Part shown: positions 57,080 to 64,000 of the stretch, piece after piece
Layout: each line of letters begins with the position of its first letter
Numbering within the stretch: the first letter of the stretch is position 1
Source: Eubacteriales bacterium
GTDB lineage: Bacteria > Bacillota > Clostridia > Oscillospirales > CAG-272
Direction: 5' to 3'
Assembly: GCA_045653505.1 (NCBI GenBank)
Contig: JAZOLZ010000001.1
Coordinates: 19,223-83,222 of the forward strand
Length of the DNA stretch: 64,000 bases
Program-made: the position numbers and the translations under genes
The notes under the pieces: generated by a model
What the model saw: only the letters and a program-made list of their open reading frames with translations
The model's database searches: none
Told to the model about the DNA's origin: nothing

Positions 57080-58423
57080 TTAAAGGTTTTTGATTCTTTT
57101 ATCAAGTTCTTTTTTGATGTCGTTATAACCGGGCTTGCCAAGAAGCGCGAACATGTTCTTTTTGTACGCCTCAACACCGGGCTGATTAAAGGGATTAACA
57201 CCGAGAATGTAACCCGAAACAGCACACGCAAGCTCGAAGAAGTATACAAGGTAGCCGAAGGAATAAGCACTCTTATCTTCAAGCTCTAAAAGTATGTTTG
57301 GCACGCCACCGTCGTTGTGAGCGATAAGTGTTGCAAGCATTGCGGTTTTATTAACGTGATCAAGATCGTTGCCGGAGATAAAGTTAAGGCCGTCAACATT
57401 CGCTTCATCGTTAGGGATTATAAATGATACGCCGGGTTTTTTAACGTTAATGACTGTTTCAAACAGATTCCTCTGGCCCTCCTGAACGTACTGTCCAAGA
57501 GAGTGCAGATCTGTTGAGAATACGACTGATGCGGGGAAAATACCCTTGTTGTCCTTGCCTTCGCTTTCTCCGTACAGCTGCTTCCACCATTCATTGAGCA
57601 TAAGCATATAAGGCTCGTATCCAACAAGAATTTCTGTACACTTGCCCTTGCGCTCAAGCACGTTTCTGATTGCGGCATATTTGATTGCATCGTTATTTTC
57701 AATATCGTGTGAAGAATACGCAGCCTTTGCATCGGCAGCACCCTGCATAAGAGCGTCAATGTCAATTCCCGCACAAGCTATAGGTAAAAGACCTACAGCA
57801 GTCAATACAGAGTAACGGCCGCCTACATCATCAGGTACAACAAATGTCTCATATCCTGCCTTGTCAGAGAATTCTTTGAGAGTTCCCTTTTCCTTGTCAG
57901 TGGTTACGAATATTCTCTGCTTCGCTTCACTCTCGCCGTATTTATCAACAAGCAATTGCTTGAATACTCTGAAGGCGATAGCAGGCTCGGTAGTAGTACC
58001 GGATTTTGATATTACGTTGATACAAATATCCTTGCCATCGCAAATTGCAAGAAGTTCTGTAAGAGCACTTGGAGAAATATTATTACCCGCAAAATAAATA
58101 TCAGGGGTATCCTTTTTGAGATTGTTGTAAAGTGGGCTTGTGATAAATTCTATCGCAGCACGTGCACCAAGATATGAGCCACCGATGCCTATTACAACGA
58201 GTATATCACAGTTTTTCTTGATTTTTTCAGCAGCAATCTTAATTCTGGCAAACTCATCTTTGTCATAATTAAGTGGCAGATCTACCCATCCGAGAAAGTC
58301 GTTACCCGCACCGTTTTTATTTACTACAAGTTCAAAAGCTTCCTTAGCCTCGTTGGAAATAGCAGCCAACTCTTCTTTTGAAACAAAGCCTTTTAAAAAA
58401 TTATCATTAAGCTTTAAGGACAT
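57080..58423 (-). CDS. pgi: Glucose-6-phosphate isomerase
   Basis: 447 aa with [20 protein letters not shown] and GGRYSVL. Confidence 0.95.
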   Translation of the reverse strand: MSLKLNDNFLKGFVSKEELAAISNEAKEAFELVVNKNGAGNDFLGWVDLPLNYDKDEFARIKIAAEKIKKNCDILVVIGIGGSYLGARAAIEFITSPLYNNLKKDTPDIYFAGNNISPSALTELLAICDGKDICINVISKSGTTTEPAIAFRVFKQLLVDKYGESEAKQRIFVTTDKEKGTLKEFSDKAGYETFVVPDDVGGRYSVLTAVGLLPIACAGIDIDALMQGAADAKAAYSSHDIENNDAIKYAAIRNVLERKGKCTEILVGYEPYMLMLNEWWKQLYGESEGKDNKGIFPASVVFSTDLHSLGQYVQEGQRNLFETVINVKKPGVSFIIPNDEANVDGLNFISGNDLDHVNKTAMLATLIAHNDGGVPNILLELEDKSAYSFGYLVYFFELACAVSGYILGVNPFNQPGVEAYKKNMFALLGKPGYNDIKKELDKRIKNL

Positions 58424-58511
58424 AAATTTGACCCCCTGAAATGTTTGTTTATTTAATTATACAATATAAAATAAAGCATTTCAAGAATAAACATTGAATT
58501 TTTTGGATTTT

Positions 58512-59699
58512 TTATCCTTTTTCTGAGCATCCGAGCATAGAAAGCAAAATTTTTAGGTAAATGTCGGCAAAACTTATCTTTTCAGCATTCTCTCCCAAGC
58601 AAATATCGCTTTGACCAACCACTACATCTCCAAGCATATATTTGACAGACCCAATTTTGGTTCCGGCCTCCATCGGCGCCTCGATATTCTCAGGAGTTTC
58701 ATAAAAACTTTCTATCCTCTTGATATCCGATTTGTTAACTACCTTCAAAAATTCATCTGCGTAAATTTCAACCGCTTTTTTGTTACCGAAAAGAACGGGA
58801 ATTTTTTCAAGATTACACCTTGGACTATTTAATAAAGCGTAATTGCTGAAACCAAAATCTAATAGTTCACGCGCAATACCGTTACGGGTATCACGACTGG
58901 GAGCGCCCATAACTACTGCTATTAGTTGCATACCCTCTCTTTCTGCAGTTGCACTCATGCAAAAGCCTGCCTTTTCGGTAGAACCTGTTTTTAGTCCGTT
59001 ACATCCGTCGTAAAACCTTACAAGTCTGTTAGTGTTAGTGAGGGTAAATTCACCGTTTCTGATAGTATCTTGCCATATAGAACTATACTTTAGTATAAGT
59101 TCGTGCTTAATAAGTTCGCGTGACATTATCGCTATGTCCATTGCACTTGTTACGTGATTTTCGGTTGTATCATCAAGACCCGTAACGTTCTCAAAGTGTG
59201 TGTTTTTCATTCCAAGTTCAGTCGCTCTTTCATTCATCATGGATATAAATACGTCCTCACTGCCTGCAACTAATTCTGCTAAAGCAACGGCTGCATCATT
59301 TGCACTGGCAATAACCACGCATTTTATCAGATCCTCCACAGTTATGCTTTCACCCTCCCTCAGATACACCTGACTGCCTCCCATCGAGGTCGCATAGGCG
59401 CTTACGTTAACTGTATCGGTAAGGGCAAACTTTTCATTATCCAACGCCTCCATAGCAAGCAAAAGCGTCATTATCTTTGTAACAGATGCAGGTGAATATG
59501 CAGTATTTTGATTTGATGAATAGAGGACGGTGCCGCTTTTTGCCTCCATCAAAACGGCGCTTTTGCAATCAAGTTGCAGTTTGGGCTCTAACAGTTTGTA
59601 TTCTTCTGCCGTATAATTTGTGCCGTTTTCTGCGAAAATAATCACAGGAGACGTTGTCAGAATAAGGGATAAAAGTAAGCATGTAATTTTTTTGAGCAT
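58512..59699 (-). CDS. D-alanyl-D-alanine carboxypeptidase (PBP5/DacB/DacF type)
   Basis: 395 aa with a signal peptide and the motifs SxxK (SVTK), SAN and KTGS. Confidence 0.9.
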   Translation of the reverse strand: MLKKITCLLLSLILTTSPVIIFAENGTNYTAEEYKLLEPKLQLDCKSAVLMEAKSGTVLYSSNQNTAYSPASVTKIMTLLLAMEALDNEKFALTDTVNVSAYATSMGGSQVYLREGESITVEDLIKCVVIASANDAAVALAELVAGSEDVFISMMNERATELGMKNTHFENVTGLDDTTENHVTSAMDIAIMSRELIKHELILKYSSIWQDTIRNGEFTLTNTNRLVRFYDGCNGLKTGSTEKAGFCMSATAEREGMQLIAVVMGAPSRDTRNGIARELLDFGFSNYALLNSPRCNLEKIPVLFGNKKAVEIYADEFLKVVNKSDIKRIESFYETPENIEAPMEAGTKIGSVKYMLGDVVVGQSDICLGENAEKISFADIYLKILLSMLGCSEKG

Positions 59700-59857
59700 A
59701 TAAATTCCTCCTGAACTTCTTGCTAAAGCCTATTCGATTTAATGAGAAAATATGATTGTAAAATATTTTAAAAATTTATTAATATTTAAAATTGACCTTG
59801 TAATTAATTCACTTTTGTGATATGATTTATTTATCAATGTTTTCAGGAGTTTAAAAG

Positions 59858-60919
59858 TTGGACAATAAGGATAAAAAAAGAAAATTCAAATGGCTCGATT
59901 TAGGTAAAGAGGGTGCAGGTGTCAGCAAAACCGCATCCGAACTTAATGTGGGCTTTAAAAGATTTTTCGTTTCATATAAAGAGAACTTTTCTAAATTTGT
60001 ATCTATAAATATTTTCTTTGTGTTGGGCAACTTCCCTCTTTTGTTTTTGATTGCAACTTTGTCCGGAGTTACAAAAAACGATGCCTATATGCCCATGTCA
60101 GACCTTTTTCAGAACATTGGCACAATCTTTGCGGTTGAAGGCGATTATACCCCTTTTAAGATGAGCGTGCTTGCACTTGAGGGATTGCAGTCGCAGATTT
60201 TAGTAAATACAACGCTTACTTATGTATTTTACGGCATTTCCCTTCTTTCTCTTATAACCTTTGGTCTTGTTAATGTTGGCACAGCCTATATTTTACGCAA
60301 TATTGCAATGGGTGAGCCGGTATTTCTTTGGACAGACTTCTGGTACGCGATCAAACGCAATTGGAAGCAGGCATTACCTTATGGAATTATAGATATACTT
60401 ATTTGCGTAATTCTCGGCACTAACATTTACAATATGCTTATGGGTTCATCTGACTTCTTTGCCTCACTTCTTTTCTGGGCAAACGTCGTTATTGCCATTG
60501 CTTACTTGTTTATGCGCCCGTATATGTACATTCAAATGGTAAGTTTTAATATGAGTGTCTTTAAGATGTTCAAAAACTCCCTTATTTTCGTTCTTCTTGG
60601 AATTAAAGGCAATCTTTTATCACTCCTTGCTAATATTCTTTTGATTGTTCTTGAACTGATGTTCCTCTTTGGTACCGGTGGTTTGCTTGTTCCTGTAGCG
60701 GTTGCTGCCCCTCTTGCCATTATTTTCTCAACTATGGCTTATGCAAAGGTCTTCCCCGCGTATTTCAAAATAAAAGAAATTATGATAGATCCGTATTATA
60801 AGGATCATCCCGAGGAAAAGCCTGAGGAATTTGACGATGATCCTATTATGATAGATGACGTAACCGAGAGAGAAAGACTTGAAGCAATAAAAGCCTCTCA
60901 CGATCTAGATTTATATTAA
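59858..60919 (+). CDS. Polytopic membrane protein (DUF624/YesL-like)
   Basis: 353 aa with several TM helices and an acidic C-terminal tail. TTG start 8 nt after caggag. Confidence 0.5.
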   Translation: MDNKDKKRKFKWLDLGKEGAGVSKTASELNVGFKRFFVSYKENFSKFVSINIFFVLGNFPLLFLIATLSGVTKNDAYMPMSDLFQNIGTIFAVEGDYTPFKMSVLALEGLQSQILVNTTLTYVFYGISLLSLITFGLVNVGTAYILRNIAMGEPVFLWTDFWYAIKRNWKQALPYGIIDILICVILGTNIYNMLMGSSDFFASLLFWANVVIAIAYLFMRPYMYIQMVSFNMSVFKMFKNSLIFVLLGIKGNLLSLLANILLIVLELMFLFGTGGLLVPVAVAAPLAIIFSTMAYAKVFPAYFKIKEIMIDPYYKDHPEEKPEEFDDDPIMIDDVTERERLEAIKASHDLDLY

Positions 60920-60929
60920 CGCTGATATT

Positions 60930-61889
60930 ATGACAGAGATTATAAATACGGTATTTGAAAAATATCAGATAAGAAAGAATAAAAAGCAAAAAAGCGACTT
61001 CAGAGATTATGTAAGCTTAGAGGCTGCAAAAATGGGCTACACCGCAAATGTGGAAAAGGGTGCTCTTGGGGCTAAAAATATAGTTATTGGTTCACCAAAG
61101 GATGCAAAGGTGATTTTTACAGCGCATTATGATACCTGCCCCGTCCTCCCCTTCCCTAATTTTATTACACCCAAAAAACTTTCGATTTACGTAATTTATC
61201 AGATACTTCTTGTTCTTGCAATTCTTGCCGCGGTTTTTGTGGTTGAGTTTTTGCTTGGAGTGGCTCTTGGCTTATTATCTGCTGCCTTTACAATTAATGA
61301 AGATCTTATCCCACATATCGCTCAATTGATTGGTATAGTTGTTTACGTCGCATTATTTATGCTTTTGATTGCGGGACCTGCCAATAAGCATACGGCTAAC
61401 GATAATACGTCCGGTGTAATTACCCTTTTAGAAATTATGAAGGCTTTGCCTGAGGATCAAAAAAAGAACGTTTGTTTTGTTTTCTTCGATCTTGAGGAGA
61501 TGGGACTATTCGGTTCTGTCGGCTTTAAGGAAAAGCATAAGAGTTATATCGGCAGTAAACTTTTAATTAATTTCGACTGTGTGTCGGACGGTGAGAATAT
61601 TTTACTTGTGGTAAACAAAAAGGCTGTATCTTTTGTACCCTTACTTGAAAAATGCTTTATATCAAATGAAAAATTTAATGTAGAGATAGCATCTAAGGGC
61701 GTTTTCTATCCATCCGATCAAGCAAACTTTGATTTAGGTGTTGGTGTTGCCTCGCTTAAATATTCAGAAAAATTAAAGACGCTTTATATGGATAGGATAC
61801 ATACTAAAAAGGATGTAATATTTGAGTATGATAATATTCTCTTCTTAAAAGAATGCGCAATTAAACTTGTAAATGAAATAAATGAATAA
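60930..61889 (+). CDS. M28-family metallopeptidase-like protein with an inserted membrane segment
   Basis: AHYDTCP, NDNTSGV and FFDLEEMGLFGS are M28 metal-ligand blocks. They are interrupted by about 90 aa of hydrophobic helices. Confidence 0.65.
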   Translation: MTEIINTVFEKYQIRKNKKQKSDFRDYVSLEAAKMGYTANVEKGALGAKNIVIGSPKDAKVIFTAHYDTCPVLPFPNFITPKKLSIYVIYQILLVLAILAAVFVVEFLLGVALGLLSAAFTINEDLIPHIAQLIGIVVYVALFMLLIAGPANKHTANDNTSGVITLLEIMKALPEDQKKNVCFVFFDLEEMGLFGSVGFKEKHKSYIGSKLLINFDCVSDGENILLVVNKKAVSFVPLLEKCFISNEKFNVEIASKGVFYPSDQANFDLGVGVASLKYSEKLKTLYMDRIHTKKDVIFEYDNILFLKECAIKLVNEINE

Positions 61890-61925
61890 AAAATAAAGCC
61901 GATAGTCACTCTATCGGCTTTATTT

Positions 61926-62723
61926 TTATTCTACAAGTTGGTCAAGCGTACCAAATCTATATCCCATATCTCGCCACTTATCTATAAGTTCACCGAGAAT
62001 TGCGGCGTTTGTTCCTGAGGTTGAGTGTAGGAGTATAACAGCGCCGTTATGCGTGTTTGATAGCACCTTTTCCTTTGCCTTTTCAATATCGGGTTGTCGG
62101 CTGTTGTCCCAATCATCGTATGCAAAACTCCAAAAAACAGTTTTATATCCAAGTTCACTTACACATTTTAGTGCCTCAATGCTGTATTTCCCCTCAGGGA
62201 ATCTAAAGTACTTAGACATTGTAAGACCGGTTTTTTCATTATATATTTTTTCAAGACACCCAAGATCGCTTTTTATCTGTTCTAAAGAAAATGATGATAT
62301 ATTTTTATGGTTTTTGGTGTGATTGCAAACAAGGTGACCCTCGTTTGCCATACGTTTGACCAAATCGGTGTTTTTGAGTACGACATGATCAAGTATAAAG
62401 AAAGCGGCAGGAACTTCTTTGTCCCTTAGTATATTAAGAATTTTTTCGGTATTTCCATTTTCATATCCTGTATCAAACGTAATGTACAACACTTTGTCTG
62501 CAGAGTCATCGTTTACCTTTTTATCTATATAATATGCGTTATATTTTTCGATTTCTTTTTGTTCGTTTGTTATATCGGGGCGTTTATTTCCGTTTCTTTT
62601 AATAAACCAACTAATGCCATTTCCATCTTTTTTATCAGGTGCTCCTTTGCCAATAGCAAAAGTATTAATTCCAAAAAGCAGTATTATGCTTATTGCCAGT
62701 AAAATTGAGATTAATTTCTTCAT
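61926..62723 (-). CDS. Polysaccharide deacetylase (PdaA-like)
   Basis: 265 aa with a signal or anchor and NodB motifs (TFDTGYENG, NHTKNH, LLHS). Confidence 0.8.
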   Translation of the reverse strand: MKKLISILLAISIILLFGINTFAIGKGAPDKKDGNGISWFIKRNGNKRPDITNEQKEIEKYNAYYIDKKVNDDSADKVLYITFDTGYENGNTEKILNILRDKEVPAAFFILDHVVLKNTDLVKRMANEGHLVCNHTKNHKNISSFSLEQIKSDLGCLEKIYNEKTGLTMSKYFRFPEGKYSIEALKCVSELGYKTVFWSFAYDDWDNSRQPDIEKAKEKVLSNTHNGAVILLHSTSGTNAAILGELIDKWRDMGYRFGTLDQLVE

Positions 62724-62794
62724 CGTAGATCCTCCTTAGTTATATTTTGATTTAAAAACAAAATATTAAATTAAGAAAAAATATCTAAAAGAAG

Positions 62795-62829
62795 AAAAAA
62801 ATAAAATCCCGATAAAAAATCGGGATTTT
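62795..62829 (-). terminator. Rho-independent terminator of rpsU
   Basis: aaaatcccgat aaaaa atcgggatttt. On the minus strand it is followed by a T-run. Confidence 0.8.
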
Positions 62830-62835
62830 AAATTA

Positions 62836-63012
62836 TTACTTATACTTGCGCTTTCTAGCTGCCTCAGCCTTCTTCTTACGCTTTACGCTGGGCTTCTCAT
62901 AGCACTCTCTCTTGCGGAGTTCTGTAAGAACGCCGGACTTAACGCACTGTCTCTTAAAACGACGAAGCGCACTGTCAAGAGTTTCATTTTCTTTTACTCT
63001 GATTTCTGCCAT
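62836..63012 (-). CDS. rpsU: 30S ribosomal protein S21
   Basis: [23 protein letters not shown]... is 58 aa. The track ORF is extended at the 5' end. Confidence 0.93.
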   Translation of the reverse strand: MAEIRVKENETLDSALRRFKRQCVKSGVLTELRKRECYEKPSVKRKKKAEAARKRKYK

Positions 63013-63132
63013 CTCTATTTCCCTCCCCTCGCTGTGCAAGAGAATAAATCTCAAAATATTACTTGTACATTATATATTATAAATTAAGTTTTGTCAAGTA
63101 ATTTTTTCTTAAAAATGCGAAAAATATGCAAT

Positions 63133-63993
63133 TTACTTCAAAATATTTTTATTTTGCAGTGTTGCGGCGGTAATTGTGTTTTTTAAAAGCATAGTAATGG
63201 TCATTGGGCCAACGCCACCGGGTACGGGAGTTATCATAGATGCGATCTCGGATACCGAGGCAAAATCCACATCTCCTGTGAGTTTGCCATCGCTTTTTCT
63301 GTTAATACCAACGTCTATCACAACAGCACCGGGCTTAACCATATCGGACGTAACAAAATTGGCTTTGCCGATCGCGGCGATAAGTATATCCGCTCTCTTT
63401 GTTACAGTTTTAAGATCAAAGGTTTTTGAGTGGCAAACGGTTACGGTTGCATTCTCAGCAAGCATAAGCAACGCAAGTGGCTTGCCAACTATATTACTTC
63501 TGCCGATTACCACACATTCCTTACCTGCGATTTCTACGTTGTAATACTTAAGCAACTGCATAATACCCGCAGGTGTGCAGGGCAAAAAGTCATATTTGCC
63601 AAGTGTTATCTTGCCAACATTAACGGGGCTGAATGCATCAACGTCCTTTAGGTGTGAGATTCTGTCAATAACCTTTTGTTCGGATATATGTTTAGGGAGT
63701 GGGAGTTGAACTAAAATGCCGTGGACGTCCTTATCGTTATTAAGTTCGTCAATCTTTTCAAGCAAAACACTTTCTTCGGTTTCCTCGGGTAGTTCGATCT
63801 GATATGAATTTATACCAACCTCAAGACAGGCGCGGTGCTTATTACGCACGTATACCTTTGAGGCAGGATTATCGCCAACAACAATAACTGCAAGCCCCGG
63901 AGTGATACCGCTTGCCTTTAACGCCTCAACATCTTGTTTATATGCATTTTTTAGTTCGCTAGCGACAAGTTTACCGTCAATTATATTTGCCAT
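63133..63993 (-). CDS. folD: Bifunctional methylenetetrahydrofolate dehydrogenase/cyclohydrolase
   Basis: 286 aa with [19 protein letters not shown] and [10 protein letters not shown]. Confidence 0.95.
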   Translation of the reverse strand: MANIIDGKLVASELKNAYKQDVEALKASGITPGLAVIVVGDNPASKVYVRNKHRACLEVGINSYQIELPEETEESVLLEKIDELNNDKDVHGILVQLPLPKHISEQKVIDRISHLKDVDAFSPVNVGKITLGKYDFLPCTPAGIMQLLKYYNVEIAGKECVVIGRSNIVGKPLALLMLAENATVTVCHSKTFDLKTVTKRADILIAAIGKANFVTSDMVKPGAVVIDVGINRKSDGKLTGDVDFASVSEIASMITPVPGGVGPMTITMLLKNTITAATLQNKNILK

Positions 63994-64000
63994 TTTATTC

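Noticed and set aside
1-64000. CRISPR arrays, rRNA genes, transposases/IS elements and toxin-antitoxin or known defence cassettes
   Set aside because: No regularly spaced short repeats were seen. There are no rRNA-like conserved stretches, no transposase- or integrase-like ORFs and no recognisable defence gene architecture. The only accessory block is the filamentous prophage.

Overview
This window looks like a chromosomal segment of an endospore-forming Firmicute. The class Clostridia is inferred from spoIIID, pdaA and dacB-type genes, an ispH-S1 fusion, and the layout of the cell-division and cell-wall (dcw) cluster. Most of the window is tightly packed housekeeping DNA. It contains a SAM-I riboswitch with metK, recD2, a divergent mreB-like gene and ftsZ. 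A dcw cluster on the minus strand runs mraZ-rsmH-ftsL-like-pbp-murE-murF-mraY-ftsW-murG. Also present are ispD-ispF-rpe, a cmk/plsC fusion followed by an ispH/S1 fusion, gltX, an orphan histidine kinase and dinB. Further on come a Crp/Fnr-led ABC importer operon, cdaA, recJ-rel-dtd-hemZ, a heterodimeric ABC exporter pair, tRNA-Ser(GGA) and lysC. The right end holds spoIIID, pgi, dacB-like, pdaA-like, rpsU and folD. The one clear accessory insertion lies between lysC and spoIIID at 48730-53945, with a unit length of 5192 bp. It is a single-stranded-DNA, filamentous (inovirus-like) prophage bounded by an exact 24-bp direct repeat. It carries a Rep_trans-like rolling-circle initiator, a small HTH protein and a 412-nt noncoding region with four GC-rich hairpins. 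It also carries a 67-aa coat-like protein, a g3p-like anchored protein and a Zot/pI-like P-loop ATPase. It has no recombinase of its own. Its att region, the remnant in its left flank and its origin-like structures are the most interesting things in the window. Secondary oddities are a 72-nt duplicated terminator module next to tRNA-Ser, a CdaR reduced to its membrane anchor, two consecutive fusion genes, and a monocistronic Cys-rich protein beside a mini P-loop protein. All calls come from reading the sequence and the ORF translations by eye. No database searches were run.
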